DNA of 64,000 nt. It comes from Selaginella moellendorffii (Eukaryota; Plantae; Lycopodiophyta). Every line of letters begins with the position of its first letter. Position 1 is the first letter of the stretch. Location of the stretch: contig NW_003314263.1 in NCBI RefSeq assembly GCF_000143415.4, positions 3,730,451 through 3,794,450 of the forward strand. The letters run 5' to 3'. This document shows, piece after piece, positions 24,327 through 37,108 of this stretch. Below the pieces are notes generated by a model that ran no database searches, was not told where the DNA came from, and saw only the letters and a list, made by a program, of their open reading frames with translations. The position numbers and the translations under genes are program-made.

Positions 24327-26337
24327 TCATGACGCCGCGGAGAGGATGTGCTTGATTTTCATCAGCTCCTCAGCCACACTCCTCATCGCCGGCCTGTTCT
24401 CCCGATCAAACTCGAGGCATCGGATCGCTAGGTTTGCTACCTCTTGTATGCTCGAAATCTTGGCTCTCTCGTCTCCCAGCTCCAGGCCCTTGTCGATAAT
24501 ATCCTCGATCCGGCTGCTCTGGATGTAAGCGAGCGAGAATGCGGTGAGATTCTTGTCCGAGGAGTTCCGCGAGAAATCCACAGGCTTTTGCCCCGTGATG
24601 AGCTCCAGCAACACCACTCCAAAGCTGTAGACGTCGCTCTTGTCGGTAAGCTGATAGTTTTGCTGGTACTGTGGATCGATGTAGCCTGGAGTTCCATGCA
24701 CGGTGGTGGAGACGTGCGTGGCTTCCAGGCTCACTAACTTCGATATCCCGAAGTCCGCTACCTTGGCAGTGAACTTCTCGTCCAGGAGGATGTTGGTGGA
24801 CTTGACGTCGCGGTGGTAGATCGGCTGTGCCGCGGAGGAATGGAGATAGGAGATGGCCTCGGCGGTCTCGATGGCGATTTGCAAGCGTCTCTCCCAGCTG
24901 AGGATCGAAGATCTCCTGTGCTGTAAGTGCTCGAAGAGAGTTCCATTGGGAACGAACTCGAAGACTAAGAGTGGGACATCGGTTTCCAGGCAGCAGCCGA
25001 GGAGCTTGACGAGGTTGCGGTGATTTACCTGCGAGAGGATGGTGACTTCGTTGAGGAACTGCTGGATGCGGGGGCCTGTGGTGCTGTTGGCTTTCTTGAT
25101 CGCCACTGGAGTGTCGTCGTCCAGGACTCCTTGGAAGACTGTGCCAAAGCTGCCGGTTCCCAGCATGAGCTCGGCCTTGAAGTTCTGCGTTGCTCTCGAG
25201 AGCTCGTCGAAGGAGAAGAAGGTGGCGTTCTGCTTGAACTCGAGCTGGAGGTGAGCGAGGCTTCCGAGCTTTGGAAACAAGCCCTTATTGCGGCCTAACT
25301 TTTTCGTTCTTACGACGCAGACGCAGATAGAGCCGGCTAGTATCGCAGCAGCTACGACCAGAAGAACAGGTCCACTCGTGATGTGCTGAAAGACGTCGAT
25401 TTTCCTGCAGCCACTGGTAGCGTTTCCTTTGTATCCTTGTCTACACTTGCATGTAAACGAGTTTAGGTCGTTGACGCAGATTGCTCCCTCCGAGCAGGGA
25501 GAGCTCGCACAGTGATCCACTACAGCTATACAAAACAACTTAAGAATCTTGTGCTGGTGACGGATAAGAAAGGTATTCTAGATTTTTTTGCTTACCTGAG
25601 CAGCCCGTTCCATTCGAGAAGCCATTTCCTGATCCTGTGTTACAAATGCAGTTGAAAAACCCAGGTTGATGGGGTGCATCCAAGCACGTAGCATTCAGAG
25701 AGCACAGATGCGCAGAAGTGGAGCAGTTACCTGGCATGGCCCAAAGCAACTCAATCCCGTAAGTTACTACTTGGTAGCTCGGTGGAAAGATCACGCTAGA
25801 GTAGCCGCAGTCGCTAGTACCGTTGTTAGCACTGCTCTTGATGATAACGCTGCGTTTTCCAGACGGAATAGTCAGGATGCAGCACTCGAGATCTTCACAG
25901 AAAGGATTCCGGATATTCGGCTCGCGACCGGGTTGGCAGCCCGTTTCACAGTGCTGTGTACTCTCCGCATCTGCTGTGTAAGAACCCTCTACAGAACAAC
26001 CTCTTGCGAAGAACTCATTGTTTGCTGACAGAGTGTATGGAGCAGTGGAGCCGACATCAAAGAACGCCTCAGCTCCGGTGCACGAGTTGCTCTTGAGCCT
26101 GGAAGTTTCGACGATCAAAGTCGTTGCTGTCGCCTCGAGGATCTCGAACTGGCCAGCGACGGTCTGGAGGAGAGGCTTGCCTGCGCTGCTGCAGTTGAGC
26201 TCAAACTCCGGAGGCCCGCATCCGCGATCGAAGCCAAACGGATAGTCGGCAGTGAAGCTCCCGCACTTCCTGGAACACAAATCCTGCGCAGCAGCGTGAA
26301 AGAGAAACAGGTACACCGCTGTGAGCGCTGCATCCAT
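24327..26337 (-). CDS. WAK: Wall-associated kinase (second paralogue), 2 exons
   Basis: Exons 25596-26337 and 24327-25525; CSRKCG...YPFG...GC, EGF repeats, TM, HRDVKSTN, DFG. Confidence 0.95.
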
Positions 26338-26473
26338 GCTCTGAGCTCACAGTGTGCGTCTCTCCAGATCTTTATCGTTTACAAAACAAAACAAGGGTGG
26401 TCGGCTTGCTCGATGCTTCGTTCTATTTTATTGTCCCTTGGAGCACCGGCCACGTATAGCGAACAGTGCTCCA

Positions 26474-28211
26474 ATGGCCGTTAGGGCACTTGTCACTCCT
26501 GGGCTCGTCCGAGCCGTCGCGTTTTCTAGCGGGAGGGGGAGTCTCGGCCTCTCCGCTGATCGCCCAAAAAGAAGAAGAAGCTGTTCTTCGTCGTGTGTGA
26601 AAATTATTGCTATGGCGTCTCCGAAAAAGGTACTGTTTCTTGTGTGTGTGTGTGTGTGTGTTCTTTGCATTATCTGTGTTCGCTTTGTCTCAGGTGCTTG
26701 TGCCGGTTGCGGATGGGACGGAGGAAATGGAGGCCGTGATTGTCATCGACGTTCTCCGGCGAGGTGGAGCTCATGTCACTGTGGCCTCTGTCGGACAGGA
26801 ACCCAAAGTTACGGCGTCGAGAGGCGTGAAGCTGGTTGCGGACGCGATCGTATCGGAATGCGGGGACGAAAAGTACGATCTTGTTGTTCTTCCTGTACGT
26901 TGAACGTTGTTTTCGTTGCTCCTCGTTCCCAAAAGCTGATTTTTTTTTTGTTGGTTTCAGGGTGGGATGCCTGGAGCTGAACACTTGCGTGATTCTAAAG
27001 CTCTCGAGGACATAACTCGAGGTCAAGCTCAGGAACAACGAGCTTATGCTGCCATCTGTGCGGCGCCGGCTGTGGCGCTCGAGTCGTGGGGCCTTCTCAA
27101 TGGCTTGAAGGTAACGAGTCTATCTAGCGAGAGCTTTTACCAGTTTTACGAGTTTTTCTAACGTTTCTCTGCTCAGGCAACATGCTACCCAAGTTTCGTG
27201 AGCAAGCTCTCGGATCCATCCTCGGCAGAGTCCAGAGTTGTGAAAGATGGGCTCGTTGTCACAAGCCGAGGTCCAGGTACTGCAATGGAGTTTGCTCTCA
27301 CTTTAGTTGAACAGCTATATGGCAAGGAAAAAACACAGGAAGTTTCAAAGGGATTGGTGGGTGGTGGCAAAGTCTGTCTCGCACGTTTTTTTTCTGAGCT
27401 TCCAAAGTTTTGTTTTGGTCAGATTTTGCTCGAGGGAAAGCCGACGAAATTAGAGTTCAATCAAACAGCTTGGGCAGCTAAAGTACCGTCAAAGCCTCAG
27501 GTACTTTTCTTGTGATCCTCATCGACGGTTTCTTTGATCCGTTCTTCAGGTTCTTGTGCCGATAGCAAACGGCTCTGAAGAGATGGAAGCCGTGATAATC
27601 ATCGACGTTCTAAGACGTGCTGGTATGGGCGTTGTGGTGGCCTCGGTGGAGGAGACGTTACAGATTGTTGCATCGAGAAAAGTGAAGATCGAGGCGGATA
27701 ATCTCATCGGCGAAGTTTCATCCGCTCACTTCGACGCGATCTTCTTGCCAGTAAGCATCTTTGGTTTGCCTGACCGGATGAGAAAACTTTGATTCTCTTC
27801 TCCAGGGTGGAATGCCTGGGGCAGAGCACTTGAGGGACAGCAAAGAGCTCCAATCCATACTCGCGAGACAGGCCAAAGACAGCCGAGTTTACGGAGCCAT
27901 CTGTGCCTCTCCAGCAGTTGTTTTGGAAGCAAACAAGATACTCGCTGTGAGTTTCTCGCAAAACTCTTGACTTTGCTTTTGTGTTCCTTGAGCTGGTTTC
28001 CTGGCAGGGAAAGAAAGCCACCGCGTTTCCAGCGTTCCAGAGCAAGCTCTCGGACCAGAGCGCGGTGGAAGCGAGAGTGGTGATCGATGGATTGGTTGCG
28101 ACGAGCCAGGGGCCGGGCACGGCCATGGAGTTTGCGCTCGCCATAGTGGATAAATTCTCCGGCAAAGACAGCGCTGTCAAGACCGCCGAGGCAATGCTTT
28201 TTAGTTACTAG
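26474..28211 (+). CDS. DJ1: DJ-1/PfpI family protein with two domains and a plastid transit peptide (DJ-1B-like)
   Basis: [30 protein letters not shown] and [13 protein letters not shown], each repeated in the second domain. Confidence 0.95.
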
Positions 28212-28371
28212 AAGAACAAAGGTGGGGATAACTAGAAAAGAATAATTATAACTATTATATATAATTATAAAAAAGTATACGTCAATACGTCACTACAAAG
28301 CAAAGTTTAATTAATATACAAATTTATGTATTGCAATATATTCAAGCATATATTTAATTCCCTTATAATTC

Positions 28372-30168
28372 TTCCCCAGCCGTCGGATCTCAAAAAGGCG
28401 CGGACACCGACGGCCACGATCATAAAGTTCTTGATGATATGGCACAATGTTGCGAGTGGGCTCAGGAAGTATATGCTCGGCGTGCTGGCGTATATTGTCA
28501 CGACGGACACCCCCTACCTCGTCTGGAATTTATATCACCCTGAGTTGCCTGAGGTCTCAAAACCAGTGCTGCACGTCAACATGAGCGAGGCTGAGGATGA
28601 AATCCTTGAGCTCATGGAACCACAGTTCATGTTACTCTATGCTGCGGGATGATCCATAGTTACCATCGAACTTCCGAACGTTGCATACGTACGTGTTACG
28701 AACGGCGTTACGAACGGCAAATTTTCATCCGGACCAACCGAACGTGAAAAACCCTAAAGAAAGTGGAAAGAAATCTTTAAAACTTGAAACTTGAACAAAG
28801 AAATTCACTCCAAACCAAACACAAAACAAAAGAAACACACCTGGACTAACATATTGATGGGAAAGTTTATCACTCTTCCCTGTCCATAAAAGTACTAAAA
28901 TGTTCCTAGCCGGTTCTTTCCTCTTGCCTCCTCTAATGGATGATAAACCTAGCTTAATGGTAAGCTTAATTTAAATTCATGGAAAGATTCGGAATCTTTA
29001 AAAGAGTTCGTTTTGACCCTCGTGGAAGAAGTTCGGGGAGCCGCGGATATGCAAACTTCTCAGGTTCAGCAGCGCCAAGACGATTTGGGACAGGTTGGGC
29101 AAGCAGGTACAGTGTGGAGGCAGTGGTCTTCGAAGGGAGATCCCGCGCGTTCGCTAGTATTTTGGACAACACCCACAAGCTGAAGAAAGAAGATCTAGAA
29201 AGGCTGGCGTACATTGGGAAGGAAGCCAATGATCAAGCCCGCTATAGTTTGTGGCTTGTGTCATCCGAGGGGCGAGGGTTAGACATGCTGGACGAGCACT
29301 CAGATTTTTTGACCAGGATGCATCAATTTACCACCTGTTTCCGAGGAGAAGCTTGTGGAAATGGTGAAAAGCGGGGGCCATCCCCGTGCGACAGACTTGG
29401 CTGAGCGTTTCGTGTATTTGTCTCGAGTCTTGGGAGCTTGAGGACGCTAGTGGAGAGAGCAATCAAGAGGAATCAGAGGCGCGGCTGCTGCGATACAAGA
29501 TCGACTCGTGCGGTCGAGACCACCAGTGGACAAGGAGAAGGTGAGTTTGTGGAAAAAAAATTTTAATTCTGTTCCAGGAATTCTTGAAGCTGTTACTGGC
29601 AAGTGGGGAAAAGGGAGTTCAAAAAAGACAGGTGACATCGCCCATAAACTGGACTTACTGTCGAGATCTTGTATATTTCTGGGTCGCGGCCGCAGAAGCC
29701 TCTGCCGCCAACGATGCTGCAATGCTGCTGCCATTGCCACCATCGATATGGAAGTGGCTGCCAGTGATAGGGAAATGGTTGCTCTCAGGGAAATGGCTGC
29801 TTTTATGAAGAAGCGTACTACGGAAGCTTATGAGAAAGCAAAGGTCAAGGTAAAGGCTGCGGTTGCAGCTAAAGATGCCGCCGTTGTTGCCCGAGACGCT
29901 GCCGCCAGAGGTCAAGATGCTGCAGCTACCGTTGTATTTAAGAATGAACTCGCAGTTTCTGATGCACTATCGAGATACTTTGCTGCCAAATAAGGAAATG
30001 GCTGTTCAATATATTGCCCAACTTAAGAAACATCGGATTGAATATATTAACTTATTGTGGTTTTGATCCATGGTTCTTCGGTTTTTGATCGATGGTCTTT
30101 GGTTTTGATCGTCCAACTGAGGAACCAGCTGATCCAGTTTGAGTTGCTGCTCACGACCGCGACGTTCG
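28372..30168. mobile_element. ~1.8 kb foreign segment between two copies of the DJ-1 3' end
   Basis: Flanked by a direct duplication (28093-28371 vs 30169-30376). Contains GTTACGAACGGC x2, an AAACCCTAAA telo-box and lineage-specific ORFs 28326-28652, 28979-29404 and 29508-29993. Confidence 0.5.
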
Positions 30169-30376
30169 TGGTTGCAATGGAGTTCGCACTCGCCATCGTG
30201 GATAAATTCTCCGGCAAAGACCGAGGCAATGCTTTTTAGTTGCTAAAAGAATTATTAAGTTATATTAACAGAAAAGAATAATTAGATTTTTTCACTACTC
30301 ATTGATTTGAGTGCTTTGTATTAATAATTATAAGCAGACTATAATATTCAAAATATGCTTTATTCCCTTATAATTC
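30169..30376 (+). pseudogene. Duplicated DJ-1 last-exon end and 3' flank
   Basis: [16 protein letters not shown]...AMLFS identical to the DJ-1 C-terminus apart from an internal deletion; shared downstream ATTCCCTTATAATTC. Confidence 0.85.
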
Positions 30377-30529
30377 GTACAGCTATACTACAACCTTAGA
30401 TTGCGAGATTTATTAAAGTCAAGCATGGGCAGCTCCGCTGGGTCACATACTACTTCCAAAAATCACATGAATCAACCGGCTGGCATGACAAACAACAAAA
30501 AGAAGACGAAACCTCGTGAAACAAGAACG

Positions 30530-32554
30530 ATGGCCGCCAAGAATTATCTCGTGTTGCTGGTGCTGCTTCTCACGGATCTCGTTCGATCCAGCGATTCTTT
30601 TGAGCGTCACCGGCTGCTGGAGAATGGGCTGGGAAGAACACCGCCAATGGGGTCTCTCTTCTTTCTCTCGAGTTCCTGGTTTTTTATTGCTGCTGAGGTA
30701 GAGTTTTGCCAGATGGAATAGCTGGAATTACTTCCACTGTGGAATCAACGAGGAGATCATTCGAGCAACCAGTAGCAAAGAACTTTACCTCGTAGAATTC
30801 ATAGTATCAGTTTGATCGATCTTCTTCTTCTTTTTTTCTATACAGCTGATGCGATTGTGTCTACTGGCCTCAGAGATGTTGGCTACGAGTATGTAAACAT
30901 TGGTAAGGTCCTGCAAAGAGCCACGAACGAGTTAACAAAATTGATATCTAGATGATTGCTGGGCGGAGCTTTCACGAGACAATGAGGTAAAAATCTCTAC
31001 AGCTAAAACTCTCGCTAGTAACTTTGCTTCTCAATGCAGGGAAACCTTCAAGCACGGAACTCCACATTCCCGTCAGGAATCAAAGCCTTGGCTGACTACG
31101 TGCATTCTAAAAACCTCAAGTTTGGGATTTACTCGGACGCTGGGTAAGACTTTGGAAAGTAAAAAACGAGCTTACCAGATTATATCAACTTGATTCTTTA
31201 GATACTTGACGTGCCAGGAACAGCCAGGATCTTTGAATCACGAAGATCAAGACGCCAAAACTTTTGCTGCATGGGTACGTAGATCCTGCGTGACAAAAAC
31301 TTCGCGTTAGTTTTGTGCTGCGCAGGGAGTGGATTACTTGAAGTATGACAATTGTCACACCGATGGAAGCTCACCGAGAATCCGGTAATAAAAAATCGCT
31401 CGGCTAGAATGAATCCTTTCGTTTCTTTGATGGACAGATACCCCATAATGCGCGACGCTCTTAGTGCGGCAGGCCGGCCGATTTTCTTCTCAATGTGTGA
31501 ATGGTAAGAAACTGCGAAGAGAAAAAAAAAATTGTAAGCGAGAGATGGCTGAGTTCTTCCATTTTTTTGGTTGACAGGGGTCAGGAAGATCCAGCAACAT
31601 GGGCATCGAGCGTCGGAAATAGCTGGAGAACAACCGGGGATATAGAGAACAAATGGGAATCGTAAGGCCAAAAGAAGGATTTTATACTCAAAGGAACGAT
31701 CACTCCGCCAAACAAACAATGCAGGATGATTTCTATCGCGGACAAGAACAATGCGTGGGCCGAGCACGCCGCTCCGGGAGGATGGAATGGTAAGGAACAC
31801 ACACGATAATCCATGAATGCATTTGATTTCTTACCTCGATTGGAGGGCCTCATCCTCGATCGACCAGATCCGGACATGCTGGAGATCGGCAATGGCGGCA
31901 TGAGCTTCCAGGAATCGCGCACGCACTTCAGCTTGTGGGCGCTCATGAAAGTAAGGGCAAATGGAAAAAAGAGAGGGAAAAGAAGAATCTGACCTAAACG
32001 AACAGGCACCGTTGATTATTGGTTGCGACGTACGGAACACTGTGGCCCAGGACCTGGCCATTCTCATGAACAAAGAGGTGATCCAAATCAACCAAGGTGA
32101 GGCCCAAATCCCTCTCTCTTGCCCGTACATTTTCTCTCTACGTCTTTGTATAGATGCGCTAGGGGTTCAAGGAAGAAAGGTGGCGGGAGATGGAGAACAA
32201 GAGGTAAATTTGAGTGGATGTGATTGAGGAGAAGAAAATGCACAAGTTTTGATTCAGGTGTGGGGAGGCCCGCTCTCAAACGGGAGATTTGCGCTCTTGA
32301 TGCTCAATCGAGGCAGTGATCCAGCTGATATCACAGCCGAATTTGCTGCGCTTGGCATTCCTAGTAACGTTTCAGTGATGATCCGCGATGTTTGGAAGGT
32401 ACGTAACATCTTCTATATTAACTTTGGAGGATTTCTAATATTGGTGTGAATTTCTTAGCATCAAGATCTTCCAGGCACGGGCACGTATAATTCCAGTATT
32501 ACATCCAGAGTTGAATCGCACGATGTAGCCATGTACATACTTACTCCTGTGTAG
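30530..32554 (+). CDS. AGAL: Alpha-galactosidase (GH27), multi-exon
   Basis: [13 protein letters not shown]|WNSWN, YVNI|[41 protein letters not shown], ending ...MYILTPV*. Confidence 0.96.
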
Positions 32555-32861
32555 TCACTAACTATATTTTCACGAAGATTATTTGGAACAATTATTAAAT
32601 TTTAACCATGCCGTGCATGGCACCCTTTTAGTAACATATAAACTGTCAAGAGATTTCAAAGCTAAGAAAGAATTATTTAATTCTTGGAAGTTGGCATGAC
32701 GTTCATTCGGTCCCTTTCTCCACCAAAGACTAGATGTGGACTGAAAGAATAGAATTTAGCCAGTGCTTTCCAGCGGGTGTTTCATTTGTTCTCATCCTTC
32801 TTCCAGGAATCCTTTCCTCTCTTGCGCTTGGCTTGCTTTCGTGCTTCTCTTCGAAAGTGCA

Positions 32862-34700
32862 ATGCTTATAAGATTTCCAGCTCTGCTAAGTTTGCTCCTC
32901 CAATTTCGATTCTCGTTTGGATTGACCCCATTCCCAGACGCGGCATTTACGAAGGCTATAAACTACACTCAAGAGAAAGCTGGAGATGCTGTAGGCATCA
33001 CTCTTCTTCAAGACGCCAGGCAATCTGGAGCAGGTCTCTCTCTCGCACTTTTCCTTTCTCGATCAAACAAAGTTCCATGAATTCTCTTGCAGTTTGCTTG
33101 GATGGGAGCGCCCCAGCATATCATTTGAGGCCTGGTTTTGGCTCTGGTGCGAAGAACTGGCATATACGTTTGGAAGTGAGTCAATCTTGTGTATTTAATA
33201 CTGTATAGTTGGAATTGGAGGAATGTGAATGACAGGGTGGAGGCTGGTGTGAAAGCTCATCCGCTTGTGCCACTCGAGCCAAGACAAGTCATGGAAGCTC
33301 CAAGCTCATGTCCAATCAAATATTATTTAATGGTATTCTTAGCAACAAGTATTCTGTCAATCCAGGTATGTTAGTGATATTAATTTATGAATCACCTAAT
33401 TATTATTATGTTGTTTGCTGTAAAAGATTTCTACAACTGGAACCATGTATATGTGCGTTATTGTGATGGAGGATCTTTCAGTGCCGATGTTGCTGTTCCA
33501 GTAAGGCACTGGTCTGGACAAGTTAAGATAATTATTTTTCTTAAGCTGGGGTTCATATACTTCTTTAGTTTCTCTTCAGGCTCTATATTTTCGAGGACTC
33601 AGAATTTTTAGAGCTGTTGTGAAGCACCTGCAAACCAAGGGACTGAGCACTGCTAAACAGGTTGCTAATTGATAATCTAGCTGATTTTTATGCTGGTTAA
33701 TAGGCACTTTTAAGTGGGTGCTCTGCTGGAGGACTTGGAGTTGTTCATCGTTGTAACGAGTTCAAATATCTTCTACCTAATGCCAACGTTAAATGTTTGA
33801 GTGATGCTGGTTACTTTGTGAATGGGTAATTTCCTCTTTAAATTTGTATTTTAACTCACCCACTTGAGTTGTCAGCCAAAGCATCCGAGGAAACTTTGCC
33901 ATGTACAACTATTACAAAGGAGTGGTGAATTTACAGGTTTCTGAGGAATTTCTTAATAATTTTGTTTTATTTTCTTAATATGCCATAAGACAGAAATTGC
34001 AAAACACCCTGGCTAGAGCTTGTACCTCGGCAAAAGATCCAGTGCAGGTTTTAATTCATAATTTTTTTCTTAATCTGAGTGTTAGTATTTTTCTTCCTAG
34101 TGTTTCTTTCCACAACAAGCACAGGGCTACATAAGACAGCCCACGTTTTTTGTTAATGCAGCATATGATAATTGGCAGGTAATTCTCTTTTAATTTCAAA
34201 CTTTTTTTCAACGAATTTCTACAGCTTGAAAATGTAAAAGAGATTTCCTGGAGACAATACAGCCCTTGCATGAGATTTGCTTCTTGTTTCCATGCAAAAA
34301 CTTTGCAAGGTAGAAAGCTCTATAATTATTTCATGAACTTATTTTATTACAACATATCTTGAACTTTCAAGCATTCCGACAAAATCTACTGAATGGTCTC
34401 TTCTATGCTCAATCTAGAGCAGGCTGGGGAACCTTTATCGATTCTTGCTTTAGCCATTGTCAACTTGAGGTAGACATCAAATGGACAAGACCAAGAATAC
34501 ATGGAAAGGTTTATAGTTTTTTTCCAGATAAAGTCTAAATTATGTGATTAATATTTTTTTTCTTTGCTCTACAGTCATTAGCAAAAGCTGTAGGAGATTG
34601 GTATTTTGGAAGATCTCAGTCAACTCACTATATAGATTGTGGATTTCCAACTTGCAATCCTACTTGCGTTAAGTACCCTCTAATGTCAACTTCCACATAG
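32862..34700 (+). CDS. PAE: Pectin acetylesterase (PAE/Notum family), multi-exon
   Basis: [36 protein letters not shown] nucleophile motif, SDAGYF, SCFSHCQ, GDWYF..IDC..CNPTC. Confidence 0.95.
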
Positions 34701-35659
34701 ATTTTGAGTGTGGAACATTTATTGTAATCTCCCACATAGTTTTCGAGTGTGAAATTTACAAACTAAAGTCACAAATACAAATTGCTTAGTGATGGAACAT
34801 TCATTAGTGTAAGTTTTGGAGGGAAAAGAACGTTTGAATAAATCCCGGAAGTTCCACGTGGGCTCCACGCCAGCGGTAACCTTGAGCAAGCTCATAGAAC
34901 CCTAGAGTGTGAGTAGGAGCAACGGTAGGCACCATAGCAAGGCTCCTGGTCCAGGAGCATAGCAACTTGGCGTGGGAGTATGCGCTGGAGGGATCTTGCG
35001 ACACCTCGATTATCTTCTATGATGGAGCAATCGCAGATTAACGAGTAAGTGGCCTTGTCCCTCGGTATGAGCCCTGGATTTCGATAGATCTGCCTCTAGC
35101 TCGCCGTGGGATGCTTGAGTGATGCTTGGCGGAGCTGCATTGTGGAGGATTTCTTTGTTTTTGATGTGATTGGCTGCTTAAACATTTTGATGCCTAGAGA
35201 ATGTAATATAGCAGCTGCATTGGCACAGATCCCTTTGTTTTCCTTGGCTCAAGTTTGGATTTTTGGTCTCTCTAGAGCTAAAGAGTTCTGTGCTTGTTGA
35301 GTAGAAACTTTTTAGATAATTTCTTTTTCTAAGCCCATAGTGTTTTTCTGCTCTTCGTTGGCATCGTTGGTTGCTCCAAGAATGATACTTCTTGGAGGTA
35401 AACATTATTTTCTGCATGATAATCTTTTGGATAATTTCTGAAACAATCAAGTTGGTTAAGCCAAAGTTCTCCAAAGTACCCAACATAATCTTTTGGGCAG
35501 AATTGACCAAAAGTGACGGACCTATAAGTTCTGGTGGTAGTTTATTGGCATTCTTCTTGTCCAAAAGGAAATTCATTTGTGAATTTGATTTGTAATGCAC
35601 CGCTGGTGGTCTAGAAATAGTACTCCACCACGGGTAGTGCATTGCTTCAGATATTTTGA

Positions 35660-37108
35660 TCATTCCTGCTTGCTTTTACCGTCCCCCTCATCTTCTTCAT
35701 CTTTCTTTGCAGCCTGATCCCGAAGAGCCTCAATCACTTTCTCTAGAGCCCCTCTCGAGTTCCCCCTGTTCTGGATCAACACCTCCGCGATATCAGCAGG
35801 AGTGATCTCAACCTTGGCGATCAGCTCCTCGATCTCTCCAAACTCCTTCTCAAACTCGCCCTTCTGCGAGATCTCAAGGTGAGTCCACGCCAGCACCTTG
35901 AACGCCTCAAATCCACAGTAGCCCATCAAAATGTGAAGGTCCATCCTGCCCGACCGCAGTAGTGCGGGATCCAGATCTTCCTTGTGATTTGTCGTAAAGA
36001 TGATGATCCTCTCGCTCCCGCTACAAGACCACAGCCCATCGATGAAATTCAGTAGCCCCGAGAGTGTGACCCTGCTGCTCTCTTCATCTTTCTTCTTGGC
36101 TTCCTTCCCTGGCAACGCTCCATCTTTCTCCTTGGACTCTTCACTGGTTTCTTCCTCTGGGGCTGGCTTTCCCCTTTTCTTGAGCTCCAGCGAGCAGTCA
36201 ATGTCCTCGATCACGATGATCGCCTTGTTGGAAATCCCCATGAGCAGCTTCCTCAAGTCGGCATTGCTCTTCACCTCCGTTAGCTCCATGTCATAGACAT
36301 CGTACTGCGTGTAGTTTGCTATGGCAGCGATGAGTGACGACTTCCCAGTCCCCGGAGGCCCGTATAAGAGATACCCGCGCTTCCAAGCCCTCCCAACTCT
36401 CTCAAAGAAATCCTTACCAGCCATGAAGGAATCCAGGTCCTGGACGATCTTGTTCTTGAGCTCGGGATCCAGCGCCAGGCTCGAGAACGTCGAGGCATGC
36501 TTGAAAGGCACCGATCTCCACGGCTTGTTCCTGTAACCCCAGTCGTCCGAGCTTCCTATGTTGGTGTAGAGCTGCCGGTCTTGGTTCTGGTGCTTCAAGC
36601 TCTCTCCGAGCTTGATCACTTCCCTCATGTACTCGGGCAAGAGTGTATACTTGTGCCTCCTGTGAACTTGGACAACGTACTCTCGGCGTGTTCCTCCACT
36701 GCGATCAAAATAGCTGAAGCCTCTGCCGTTGGAGGGCTCGGTGACGTTGAAGACCCAGGAGAATGTGACGCCTTTGAACTTGTCCTCCACTCGCTCGCCC
36801 CTGGCGAGGTTGCAATTCGGCTTGCTGGCGTTCTTCACTCGCGTGAACTGGATCCTGTTTGCCGAGCTCTTGGTGTTGGTGTCGGTGAGGTGAGCAACGT
36901 AGAGGTCGACCAGGTCGTAGATCTCGTTGGTGTTGTTGCGGACGTACTCTGGGATTGAGAGCTCTGTCTCCCACCATAGCCAAGTTACAAACCTCTTGAG
37001 CTTGAGCTCCAGAAGGAACCAGACGTGGCGTGGAACTATCTGGTTGAGGATCATGATGAAGCCCATGAGCGAACCGAGATGGGAGAAATACCCCCCTGCC
37101 ATTGCCAT
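35660..37108 (-). CDS. BCS1-like plant AAA-ATPase (AAA_assoc + AAA), intronless
   Basis: WRSVPFKHASTF, AWKRGYLLYGPPGTGKSS (Walker A), IIVIEDIDC (Walker B), VTLSGLLNFIDGLWS, LDPALLRSGRMD. Confidence 0.97.
   Translation of the reverse strand: MAMAGGYFSHLGSLMGFIMILNQIVPRHVWFLLELKLKRFVTWLWWETELSIPEYVRNNTNEIYDLVDLYVAHLTDTNTKSSANRIQFTRVKNASKPNCNLARGERVEDKFKGVTFSWVFNVTEPSNGRGFSYFDRSGGTRREYVVQVHRRHKYTLLPEYMREVIKLGESLKHQNQDRQLYTNIGSSDDWGYRNKPWRSVPFKHASTFSSLALDPELKNKIVQDLDSFMAGKDFFERVGRAWKRGYLLYGPPGTGKSSLIAAIANYTQYDVYDMELTEVKSNADLRKLLMGISNKAIIVIEDIDCSLELKKRGKPAPEEETSEESKEKDGALPGKEAKKKDEESSRVTLSGLLNFIDGLWSCSGSERIIIFTTNHKEDLDPALLRSGRMDLHILMGYCGFEAFKVLAWTHLEISQKGEFEKEFGEIEELIAKVEITPADIAEVLIQNRGNSRGALEKVIEALRDQAAKKDEEDEGDGKSKQE

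Noticed and set aside
26640-26660. (TG)n run
   Set aside because: Ordinary intronic microsatellite.
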